Shown here piece by piece: positions 49,421 to 57,970 of a DNA stretch of 64,000 bases. The DNA is taken from the NCBI GenBank assembly GCA_965204745.1, contig OZ242010.1, forward strand, positions 2,240,001 to 2,304,000. The letters run 5' to 3'. The DNA is from Candidatus Latescibacterota bacterium (GTDB lineage Bacteria; Latescibacterota; UBA2968). A program made the position numbers and the translations under genes. The notes beneath the pieces are model-generated. The model was given only the letters and a program-made list of their open reading frames with translations. It made no database searches and had not been told where the DNA came from. Each line of letters opens with the position of its first letter. Position 1 is the stretch's first letter.

Positions 49421-49885
49421 TATTTTTGATAAAAACATAAGGGGTTTGATCGGTTTTCACAATTTTTTTCATAAAAGCCACATAGTTCTCGTACTGCGAC
49501 AGCGGTATTTGTTTTTTCATCAACTCGAATGTTCGGGTGTGGTGCAACGCGCCATCTGAAAAGCGATAGGTGGTTTTGAAAGAACCGAAGGGCGTTGTGA
49601 TTTCTTTTGTCTCGGGCGCGGTTTCCAAGGCGTATCCCTCGGGAATATCGATGGATAGGGAGTCGATATGCGTATAGGGATAGGAGTGGTACACGGAGAA
49701 TTGGCGTTCCCGTTCTCTCGGCACGTCCCTAGGCGTGGCGCGGTTCACGATGTTGGGATTGACAAAGAGTCTCTTCGCGCTTCGAGTGCCGAATTTGCCG
49801 GACGTGCCGCGGATGCACACCTCGAGGGGTTGATCGAAGTCCTCGTGCAGATGATCGATCTCATAAGTCGCCAAGTCCAGCACGG
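49421..49885 (-). pseudogene. C-terminal fragment of a DUF3857/DUF3858-type (transglutaminase-associated) protein
   Basis: IDIPEGYALETAP...TPFGSF...TRTF...QYENYVAF; bounded by the tnpB right end and IS701. Confidence 0.55.
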
Positions 49886-50181
49886 GTGAAGAACCCCTCG
49901 CTGAAGCATCGGGGCTTCAGCCCCACTTCAGCGTAGGTTGTGCGATCAACAGACAAAGCAGGTCAAGCCGCGACCTGTCTTACTTGTCCTTCTGCAAAGG
50001 TTGTCTTCCCAACCTCATGGATATTATACGCGGCGTTCAAGTCTCGGTCGCACGTCCAACCGCAGTAGCAACGGAACACACGGTCGCGCAAGTTCAAGTC
50101 TTCTTTGACCGTCCCACAAGCATTGCATGTCTTGCTGGACGGATAGAACTTGTCAATGAACACAATGTCTTTGCCGTGCTT
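49886..50181 (-). mobile_element. tnpB: tnpB 3' remnant with an intact-looking right end
   Basis: PSSKTCNACG...CYCG...DRDLNAAYNI zinc ribbon/RuvC-III; right-end hairpin GAAGCCCCGATGCTTCAGCGAGGGGTTCTTCAC. Confidence 0.8.
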
Positions 50182-50227
50182 CTCTCCACTCTCCCTCGCC
50201 TTCAACCGCGCCTTTGTGGTGATGGCA

Positions 50228-51319
50228 CTACCGGCCCCTCAAATCCAGCGCGATGCCAGTTGGCGACCTCAATCCTGTGGTGATGAGGTCTTCAACCTGG
50301 GAGCCATCCAAGTTGGCACGCTGAATCTTACCCGTCCAGGCCGTCCAGTACATCTTTCCGCGTCCCACATCCAGCGCGATGCCTTCTGGATTCCTCAATC
50401 CTGTGGTGATGAGGTCTTCGACATTGGAGCCATCCAAGTTGGCACGCTGAATCTTACCCGTGCCAAAGAACGGACTGTCCGTCCAGTACATCTTTCCGCG
50501 TCCCACATCCAGCGCGATGCCCCGTGGCCACCCCAATCCTGTGGTAATGAGGTCTTCGACATTGGAGCCATCCAAGTTGGCACGCTGAATCTTATCCGTG
50601 GTAACGTCCACCCAGTACATCTTTCCGCGTCCCACATCCAGCGCGATGCCCCGTGGCCCCCTCAATCCTGTGGTAATGAGGTCTTCGACATTGGAGCCAT
50701 CCAAGTTGGCACGCTGAATCTTATCCGTCCAAGTGTCCGTCCAGTACATCTTTCCGCGTCCCACATCCAGCGCGAAGCTCTCTGGCCACCTCAATCCTAT
50801 GGTGATGAGGTCTTCGACATCGGAGCCATCCAAGTTGGCACGCTGAATCTTACCCGTGCCAGAGAATGGCGAGGCCGTCCAGTACATCTTTCCGCGTCCC
50901 ACATCCAGCGCGATGCCAACTAGCGCACTCAATCCTGTGGTAATGAGGTCTTCGACATTGGAGCCATCCAAGTTGGCACGCTGAATCTTATCCGTGCGAA
51001 CGTCCGTCCAGTACATCTTGGGCGTCCCTCCCCCACTGCCACCAGGAGGTGGAGGCTGTGGGGGAGGGACCGGACACGATGTGCCATAACTGCTGGCAAA
51101 ACTAAGAAAATCCTGAAAGTCTATCGCGCCATCGCTATTCAAATCGTACTTGGCTTGGTATCTGCCATCCCCTTGCCGCGTGCCAAATTGCCCTGCAAAC
51201 GCAAGAAAGTCGGAAAAGCCTACCGTGCCATCGCCATCAAAATCTGCTTCGCACTGTGCTCCAGCCGGGGCGTGCATCACCAACACACAACTCATAACAC
51301 ACAGATACCACAGCCGCAT
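50228..51319 (-). CDS. Secreted protein: dockerin/EF-hand pair + Pro/Gly linker + six YWTD (LDL-receptor class B) repeats
   Basis: Signal peptide; DFDGDGTVGFSDF...DLNSDGAIDFQDF; 6x KMYW...KIQRANLDGSxVEDLIT. Confidence 0.9.
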   Translation of the reverse strand: MRLWYLCVMSCVLVMHAPAGAQCEADFDGDGTVGFSDFLAFAGQFGTRQGDGRYQAKYDLNSDGAIDFQDFLSFASSYGTSCPVPPPQPPPPGGSGGGTPKMYWTDVRTDKIQRANLDGSNVEDLITTGLSALVGIALDVGRGKMYWTASPFSGTGKIQRANLDGSDVEDLITIGLRWPESFALDVGRGKMYWTDTWTDKIQRANLDGSNVEDLITTGLRGPRGIALDVGRGKMYWVDVTTDKIQRANLDGSNVEDLITTGLGWPRGIALDVGRGKMYWTDSPFFGTGKIQRANLDGSNVEDLITTGLRNPEGIALDVGRGKMYWTAWTGKIQRANLDGSQVEDLITTGLRSPTGIALDLRGR

Positions 51320-51394
51320 AACCGCCTCCTAAAAAAAATTTTGGGCGACTTTAGAATAGGCGTCGCCCAGAGCCTTATCGTACAAACAAACGCC

Positions 51395-51481
51395 TCAATA
51401 GGCGTCACCGGCGCATCTGCGTAACGTGCTCGGATGAACGCCAAGCAAAGCAACCGCTTTGCGCGTATTTACATAAGCCAT
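51395..51481 (-). pseudogene. IS607-family tnpA 5' remnant (MerR-like HTH)
   Basis: Manual translation MAYVNTRKAVALLGVHPSTLRRCAGDAY*, similar to the LGVxxxTLRRW start of IS607 TnpA; AT-rich upstream segment. Confidence 0.55.
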
Positions 51482-51541
51482 AACCGATAACTTACCACAA
51501 TAAACAACAAAAGTCAGCAATCTATTTACAAGACGTTAGCA

Positions 51542-52630
51542 CTAATAAACCCCGACGACCACGGATTCTTGCAATTCGGAGAACAAGCCGAGGTTTCGCA
51601 CGCCGTCCCATGGATAGGCTTCGATGGGTTTGGCGCGCTCGGCTTCGTCGCGTTCGAGGAACCGGGGCATGAAAAATTCCTCGGTGAGGGTCGTGAGCAT
51701 GACGCGACCGACCGCGTCGTAATCGACTGTTTCGTCCGGATCGTTTGGATCGACCAATTCGATGAACGCACGGGGCACGGGAGGGTAGTAGGTGATGGCG
51801 TAGTTGTCTTCCGGCGCGAAGGGTTTGGAATAGGCCAGGCCCATGAGGGTGTTGCCGTACGTGGGGACGAAGTCGATGCCGGGAATCAGTTCTTCCCGAG
51901 CAAAGCGATTGAATTGCGCGTCCATCTCTGTGCCGCCGCAAAAGATGCCGGTGATGCCGGCTTTTTGCAGGGATATTTTTTCGCACAATTCCTCGAGGAG
52001 CTTGGGGGTTGTGAACATGCATTTCACGTTGTCATTGGCGCGCAAAATCGTGAGGGCCTGGTCGATGACGTGGGCTTTGTACAGTTCCAATTCGTGGAAC
52101 GCGCCGCGCTTGATCAGCTTGTTGACCCATCGGGGATCGAGATCGACGAGAAAGCAGATCCCCCCGCGAATCTGGCACAGGTATTCCACGGCCAAGCGCA
52201 AGCGGCGAGGCCCTGTCGGCCCCAGCATCAACCAATCCGCACCCTGGGGAAAGGTCTCGTCAGAGAGGTGGTCGCTGAACATTTTGTAGTCGATCTGAAA
52301 ATCGTTTTGGCTGATCCGGTATTTGGGCACGCCGGTCGAGCCGCCCGTTTCAAAGACGTACGTGCGTTCTCCCTCGTTGCCCTTGGGAATCCAGCGGCGC
52401 ACGGGCCCACCGCGCAACCATTCGTCTTGGAAATGCCCGAGGAGCTTCAAATCGCCGTACCCGCCGATTTCCCGGCGCGGATCAAAGTCCAATCCCCGCG
52501 CAAAATCCAGCCAGAACGGACAACCCGTATTTGAATCGAAATGCCATGCGACCATCTCGCGCACCTGGGCATCGAGGCCCTCACGCGCTGCTTTGACCCT
52601 GTCGGCGATGGGGGTGGTTAAAATTTCCAT
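51542..52630 (-). CDS. EhpF/GriC-like AMP-forming acyl-activating protein (LuxE/PaaK-related)
   Basis: GCPFWL, FETGGSTGVPK (adenylate P-loop), GPTGP, DLDPRWV, TTPKLL, GGT, YGNTL, GRVMLTTL and ERD. Confidence 0.7.
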   Translation of the reverse strand: MEILTTPIADRVKAAREGLDAQVREMVAWHFDSNTGCPFWLDFARGLDFDPRREIGGYGDLKLLGHFQDEWLRGGPVRRWIPKGNEGERTYVFETGGSTGVPKYRISQNDFQIDYKMFSDHLSDETFPQGADWLMLGPTGPRRLRLAVEYLCQIRGGICFLVDLDPRWVNKLIKRGAFHELELYKAHVIDQALTILRANDNVKCMFTTPKLLEELCEKISLQKAGITGIFCGGTEMDAQFNRFAREELIPGIDFVPTYGNTLMGLAYSKPFAPEDNYAITYYPPVPRAFIELVDPNDPDETVDYDAVGRVMLTTLTEEFFMPRFLERDEAERAKPIEAYPWDGVRNLGLFSELQESVVVGVY

Positions 52631-52719
52631 GTGATGATCTTTCCGTGAATCGGGTTGAAAAACAGCGTTCAGGGCGGGGCGGAGGGACTGACCACTGACT
52701 ACTGACCACTGACCACTTT

Positions 52720-54144
52720 CTACTGCCCCCCTTTAATCGCAAACAACGTATTTCGCGTGCCGATGTAGAGCATGCCATCTTTGGCGATAGGCGTGGTATA
52801 GACCGCGCTGCCCATGTTGATGTCGGCGATGAGTTCCAATTCGGTGCCGGCTTTCAAAATCGCCACATCGCCATCTTCGTCTCCGATATAGACTTTGCCA
52901 TCGGCGACAAAGGGCGACCCCCAGATCGCGGCGTAAGTGTCGTATTTCCAGTGCTGCGCGCCGGTCATGACGTCGAGGCAATAGACAAAGCCGCTCAGGT
53001 CCGCGGCGTAGAGCAGGCCGTCTTGGATGGCGACGGTTGAAATGGTTCGGTTGAATTTTTCGTCGCCAAAGTGCCACATCGCGTGCGTGCCGGTGACGTC
53101 GCCCGTGCCGGTGGCGTCGATGGCCCACAAGTGCCCGATGCCTTCGCCGTGTTCCGGATCTTGTCCGACGCCGATGAAGACCTTGTCGTCATAGATGACG
53201 GGCGTGGCGATAATGGCATTGCGCGTGCCGCGGCCGCCCAGTTCCCACACGGATTCTTTGGGGTTGCTATCGAATTTCCAGATCAGGTCGCCGGTTTCGG
53301 GCTCCATCGCATACACCCAGCCGTCGCCGCCCGGGCAGATCACTTGGGGCTTGCCCGCGATGACGCCGTACGCGGGATTGGACCATTGCCCGTGCAAGAT
53401 GTGTTCCCCCGGATAGTCTTTTTCCCAAACCAAGTCCCCGCTGTCCAGGGTGAGGGCGATAAAGCTAGGCGCCAGGGGCGAGGGGATGGCGATATGGCCT
53501 TCATCCACGCCATTGGCGGTGATGACGAACAACAGATTGCCCGCGGCCACGGGCGAACACACCGCCAAGTTGTGCGGGAAAACGTCCAACTCCTCCATCA
53601 TGTCGTATTCCCAAATAATGTCCACGCCAATCGCGCTCGTGTCGTCTTCTGCGGTGAATGGGCCGTCGTTTTCGCCGTCTAAAAACCCCTCGGTGTCCGC
53701 ACAGACCACGCGGCATTGGTTGGAGATGTAATACATTCGGTCGCCGCGGATATACGGCGTGGAGCAAACGCCCTGTTGCGGCCAGTCGTTCACCCGGCCC
53801 GCGGGCAATTTGGGATGGGCCGCTTGCCAGAGGAATTTGCCATCGGCTTCCCGAAAGGCCATGATCACGCCCTTGTCCCCCTTGATTTTGGGATTGCGCG
53901 CGATTTGGTTGTTCGTGCCCATGAAAATTTTGCCCCCGATTTTGATGGGGCCTGCGTAGGATTGGGCACCCAGGGCCGCTTTCCAAACGATGTTTTCACC
54001 GGTTTCCACATTCCAAGAGGTGGGCAGATTTTTTGCTTCTGACACCAAGTTCCGCTGTGGGGTGAACCCCCACATAGCCTCTTCGGCAATGGCTGACGAG
54101 GCGATCATGCTGACGCATCCGATTACAAGTGCTTTCAGTTTCAT
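52720..54144 (-). CDS. Exported PQQ-type beta-propeller protein
   Basis: Signal peptide (ATG 54144); NIVWKA, GVCSTP, WSNP, IATP and WGSP repeats. Confidence 0.85.
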   Translation of the reverse strand: MKLKALVIGCVSMIASSAIAEEAMWGFTPQRNLVSEAKNLPTSWNVETGENIVWKAALGAQSYAGPIKIGGKIFMGTNNQIARNPKIKGDKGVIMAFREADGKFLWQAAHPKLPAGRVNDWPQQGVCSTPYIRGDRMYYISNQCRVVCADTEGFLDGENDGPFTAEDDTSAIGVDIIWEYDMMEELDVFPHNLAVCSPVAAGNLLFVITANGVDEGHIAIPSPLAPSFIALTLDSGDLVWEKDYPGEHILHGQWSNPAYGVIAGKPQVICPGGDGWVYAMEPETGDLIWKFDSNPKESVWELGGRGTRNAIIATPVIYDDKVFIGVGQDPEHGEGIGHLWAIDATGTGDVTGTHAMWHFGDEKFNRTISTVAIQDGLLYAADLSGFVYCLDVMTGAQHWKYDTYAAIWGSPFVADGKVYIGDEDGDVAILKAGTELELIADINMGSAVYTTPIAKDGMLYIGTRNTLFAIKGGQ

Positions 54145-54223
54145 TTTGTTCCTTTGTTTGTTAAGAGGTGAGAGGCAAGAGGCAAGAGGCAAGAGGCAAG
54201 GCAATCGCCCCTACACACGGCTC

Positions 54224-54293
54224 GCCTTTGAACTAGCTGTCGCCAGTTGTACCCCGCTCGTGCCTTTGAACTGGCTGTCGCCAGTTGTACCCC
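54224..54293. repeat. Two tandem copies of a 38-bp-period mini-repeat
   Basis: GCCTTTGAACT(A/G)GCTGTCGCCAGTTGTACCCC x2. Confidence 0.85.
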
Positions 54294-54339
54294 ACTCGTG
54301 GCTAAACTTCCATCTTCCCGTCAGGAGGATAGGGTGGTT

Positions 54340-56484
54340 TTACCACACTTTCACATTGTCGTAATAAATCATCGCAGGGGAATACCCGTAAAGGCCGGGG
54401 CTGCCTTCGCGGATGGGCAAGGGATCTTCGGCTTCGATGGTCCACGCATTCGGTTCGGGATCGCCCGTTTTCCACACCTTGCCGCGCACGATAGCCTTAT
54501 CGCCTTGGATATCGACCTTCATTTTTGCGGTGTACCAAGTGCCCATCTCCCACGGGAAGTCGATGCGTTTTGCCATTCGCAAATCCGATGACCACGACCG
54601 AATTTCGAGGCGTTGGTGAATGCCCTGAAGGTCGAGGATGTAGCGGTGCGCGATGAGGCCCATGTCTGGGCGTCGCCGCTTGTTTTGCGTGCCCATCAGG
54701 TCGGCTTGGATGGTGTATGCCGAGAGCGTGTGCCGCGCCATGTAGAGGTTTGAGCGGTCGAGGCCACGCGCTGCCGGCGGTTTGGTCAGCACTTTGTTGC
54801 CGTCTTGTTCCTCCACCCGAAACCCGCTGCCGGCCCAGACCCAGTGCAAGGGGTTTTTGCCGACTTCCACATTTTCAAAATCCTCTGTCCACGGCACCGC
54901 GGGCAAGACGCGCACCCAGGTTTGGCGGGTCAAATCGCCCACTTTGGCGGTGATCCAACCGCCGCCCGGTTTGGATGGGGTGAACGCGCTGGTTGCGATT
55001 TTGCCTTCCAAGCCATCCAACGACCACTCGGCGTCCAGGTCGCCGATGGCGCGGCCCTTGTCGTCGTAGGCGACAGCGCGCAGGGGCAGGGATTCGCCGG
55101 CTTGCACGGTGGCTTCGGCGGGGATGGATAGGATGGACGCGGGTTGGGCACCTGCGGGCGCGGGTTGGTGCTCTGCGAAAGCCGAGGAGGTGACTTCAAA
55201 CGGCGCGGTTTTGTCGCCCAAGCAGAACAGCCCGGCCTCGGTTGCAAAATAGATGCGGCGATAAGCGATGGCGACCGACCCGTAGATTTCAGCGTGCCCG
55301 CCTTCGGGCATGGCGATTTTCTTTTTGTCGAGCACGGTGGCGCCCGCGTCCTCTACTTTGAGGATTTGCACGCCGCCATTGACTTCTGTGACATAGACTT
55401 TGCCATCGGCCCAGGTGGGCGATCCCCTGCCCACGGTGCCGATGTTGTGTTCCCAGTACTGTTTGCCGGTCTCGGCGTCCAAGCAGTGTAGATTGGCCGA
55501 GTTGTCGATCACATAGACGCGGCCCGCGTGGACCGCGGGGGACGCATAGCCCGCGGTCATGCCGTCTTGCCGCCAGAGTTCCTCGCCCGTGCGAGCGTCC
55601 AAACAGGCGACGCGGCCGAGGGAGGTGTTATCGACATTTTCCTCGCTGTGCGCGACATAGACGCGACCATCAGCCACCGCGGGCGAGGTGTTGATGCCCC
55701 GCAGGCTAAAGGGAAATCCCCATACTTTTTCTCCGGTTGCGGCTTTGAAGGCGAAAATGCCGCCGTTGCCATTGCCCGCGATGAGCACGCGTTGCCCGTC
55801 GATGGTCGTGACAACCGGGGTCGAGTAAATGGTCAAGTCCTTCTGCCCGCCGCCGCCCGGACGCGCCATCCATACGGTTTGCCCGGTGCGCTTGTTCAGG
55901 GCGAGATACCGATGCGAAGGGGGTTTGCCGGCCCACCCGCGGTTGCCCAGGCTGATGATGACGAGGTCGCCTTCGACCACCGGCGTGTGCAATCGCCCGC
56001 CATACCCGGAGAATCGGTTAAATTCCTCGGTGAGGGAGCGCGTCCAGATTTCGTTGCCATCCGGGTCAAAGCAGATCAACAACCCGCTGACGAGGTGCGC
56101 GTAGATGTTGCCCGTTTCCGGGTCTGCGCCCAGGTTTGCCCAGCCGAGGCGGTTGAAGGAAATGGTCGAGTGCCAGACATTGAACTTCTTTTCCCACAAG
56201 AGTTCGCCGGTTTCCGCGTCAAAACAAGCGATGTGTTCTCGCTGCGTGATGTCTTTGCCCGTGCGCCCGACGACATAGACCCGGCCATTGACGATGGCCG
56301 GGGTCGATCTGCCGATGAACGGGCGACGCCAGATCAGGTTTTCGCCGTCGAGGGACCAGGTGGCGATGAGGCCCGTCTCCGGCGAAGCACCCGTTTGCAT
56401 GGGGCCGCGCCAATGCGTCCAATCAGACGCGTCGGCAATTCCCAGCGAAGAGATGCAGAACAACGCAACCAAAATAATCTTCAT
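54340..56484 (-). CDS. Exported PQQ-type beta-propeller with C-terminal Ig-like and beta-sandwich domains
   Basis: Signal peptide (ATG 56484); DWTHWRGP; repeated CxDAxTGxxxW; C-terminal WTEDFE...GTWYTAKM...YYDNVKV. Confidence 0.8.
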   Translation of the reverse strand: MKIILVALFCISSLGIADASDWTHWRGPMQTGASPETGLIATWSLDGENLIWRRPFIGRSTPAIVNGRVYVVGRTGKDITQREHIACFDAETGELLWEKKFNVWHSTISFNRLGWANLGADPETGNIYAHLVSGLLICFDPDGNEIWTRSLTEEFNRFSGYGGRLHTPVVEGDLVIISLGNRGWAGKPPSHRYLALNKRTGQTVWMARPGGGGQKDLTIYSTPVVTTIDGQRVLIAGNGNGGIFAFKAATGEKVWGFPFSLRGINTSPAVADGRVYVAHSEENVDNTSLGRVACLDARTGEELWRQDGMTAGYASPAVHAGRVYVIDNSANLHCLDAETGKQYWEHNIGTVGRGSPTWADGKVYVTEVNGGVQILKVEDAGATVLDKKKIAMPEGGHAEIYGSVAIAYRRIYFATEAGLFCLGDKTAPFEVTSSAFAEHQPAPAGAQPASILSIPAEATVQAGESLPLRAVAYDDKGRAIGDLDAEWSLDGLEGKIATSAFTPSKPGGGWITAKVGDLTRQTWVRVLPAVPWTEDFENVEVGKNPLHWVWAGSGFRVEEQDGNKVLTKPPAARGLDRSNLYMARHTLSAYTIQADLMGTQNKRRRPDMGLIAHRYILDLQGIHQRLEIRSWSSDLRMAKRIDFPWEMGTWYTAKMKVDIQGDKAIVRGKVWKTGDPEPNAWTIEAEDPLPIREGSPGLYGYSPAMIYYDNVKVW

Positions 56485-56689
56485 ATACGCTCCTCGTGTT
56501 TGTGCCCAACAGGGCGGTGAAAAAGGGATGCGCGAAATCCGCATATATGATAACACCGCATCGCACCAGAGTCAAGCAACGCGGTTGACAGGCTCAATTT
56601 AGAATATACGCCATTATTCGGTTCGCGTTCCCTCTTTCTCGTGAATTGCGCGGATCGAGAATTGATTTTGCGAGAGCGGGTTAGAGTTT

Positions 56690-56840
56690 GTAAATTGCGT
56701 ATGGGCATTCAGCCATCAACAGAGGTGAGAGGCAAGAGGCAAGAGGCAAGAGGCAAGGTAAATTGCGTATGAGCGTTCAGCCATCAACAGAGGCGAGAGG
56801 CGAGAGGCAAGGTAAATTGCGTATGGGCATTCAGCCATCA
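56690..56840. repeat. Three 29-bp direct repeats separated by heptamer runs
   Basis: GTAAATTGCGTATG(G/A)GC(A/G)TTCAGCCATCA at 56690, 56758 and 56812; spacers are GAGGC(A/G)A arrays. Confidence 0.85.
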
Positions 56841-57060
56841 GCCCCACCACTCTACCGCTGACCTCTAGGTATGAGGACAAGTGACCACTTGGGGTGGCGG
56901 GGTTGTCTCACCTCTTACGTCTTGCGTCTCACCGAAGGGGGTTGGACGGTGGCGGGGTTGTCTCACCTCTCCCGTCTCCCGTCTTACCGCTTACCGAAGG
57001 GAGTTGGGCGGGGTAGGGACTGACAACTGACAACTGACAACTGCTTCAAGGAGCATTGAC

Positions 57061-57804
57061 ATGGGACTGACAGCCGCGGAACGCGCATTTTACGATGAAA
57101 ACGGGTACGTATTAAAGCGGGGATTGATCGCGCCCGCCGCGATTTCGCAAATCGAGCGGGAGATCGCGGGTTTGCACGAGCGCATGGCCGCGAAGATGCC
57201 CGAGGGCGTGGGGATTTCATGGGAGGAGTTTGAAGACGGGCGCGTGCCCAAGCGCATTCGGCAGTTGATGCACAGCGAGGTGGTCAGCGAGGGGTTGAAC
57301 CGCGCATTGCGTTGCGACGCGATGTTGGATAGTATCGAAACCCTGATCGGGCCGGATATTTCCCTGTATCACAGCAAGTTGTTGATGAAGGCCGCCCGCG
57401 ATGGCACGGCGATTCCGTGGCATCAGGATTATGCGTATTGGAAACGCGAGGACAACGCGCCGTTGATGGTGAATTGCCAACTCGCCATCGACCGCGCAGA
57501 CGATGAGAATGGGTGCATTCAGTTCATCCCCGGCAGCCACGAGTGGGGCCTGCAAGAACACGAGCGGGCGCAGACGAGTTTCGGCGTGTTCTTGCCGGGG
57601 CACTACCGCCAGCGCGATGACGCCGTGCCCGTGCCCATGGCACCGGGCGATGGCGTGTTTTTCAGCGCGCTGACCATTCACGGGTCCGGGCCAAATTCAT
57701 CGCCCCGCGACCGCCGCATGAATACGTTTGCGTACAATGTGACGGGCAACAGCGAAGGACAATGCCGCGAATGGCTACGCGGTCGCGTACTTCCCCAACG
57801 TTGA
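57061..57804 (+). CDS. Phytanoyl-CoA dioxygenase (PhyH) family Fe(II)/2OG enzyme
   Basis: WHQD, ENGCIQFIPGSH and HGSGPN...R. Confidence 0.9.
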   Translation: MGLTAAERAFYDENGYVLKRGLIAPAAISQIEREIAGLHERMAAKMPEGVGISWEEFEDGRVPKRIRQLMHSEVVSEGLNRALRCDAMLDSIETLIGPDISLYHSKLLMKAARDGTAIPWHQDYAYWKREDNAPLMVNCQLAIDRADDENGCIQFIPGSHEWGLQEHERAQTSFGVFLPGHYRQRDDAVPVPMAPGDGVFFSALTIHGSGPNSSPRDRRMNTFAYNVTGNSEGQCREWLRGRVLPQR

Positions 57805-57844
57805 CGCACCTGCCATTCGCCTTTCCCAGTGCCCGATAAATCGT

Positions 57845-57873
57845 TTGACAAATCCATGTGGCAAGGGTATAAT
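57845..57873 (+). promoter_or_regulatory. Consensus sigma70 promoter
   Basis: TTGACA-17 bp-TATAAT about 100 bp upstream of ATG 57971. Confidence 0.75.
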
Positions 57874-57970
57874 TTTCCCTCGATTCTTTGGCGCGTCCCG
57901 TGTCGCCATCCCCTCCAATGTCTTTCCCACCTCTGCGGGATCATCCCCGTTCACCTGTGATTCATCGCCC

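Noticed and set aside
50228-51030. Diversity-generating retroelement target
   Set aside because: No reverse transcriptase or template repeat in the window, and the variation includes indels and is not adenine-specific
51542-52630. Phenazine, PQQ or luciferase (lux) biosynthesis cluster
   Set aside because: No phzA-G, pqqA-E or luxAB/luxD genes in the window; only the ligase/reductase module is shared
56690-56840. Possible mini-CRISPR (29-bp repeats x3)
   Set aside because: The spacers are simple heptamer runs of unequal length, the repeat lacks a CRISPR-like end, and there are no cas genes
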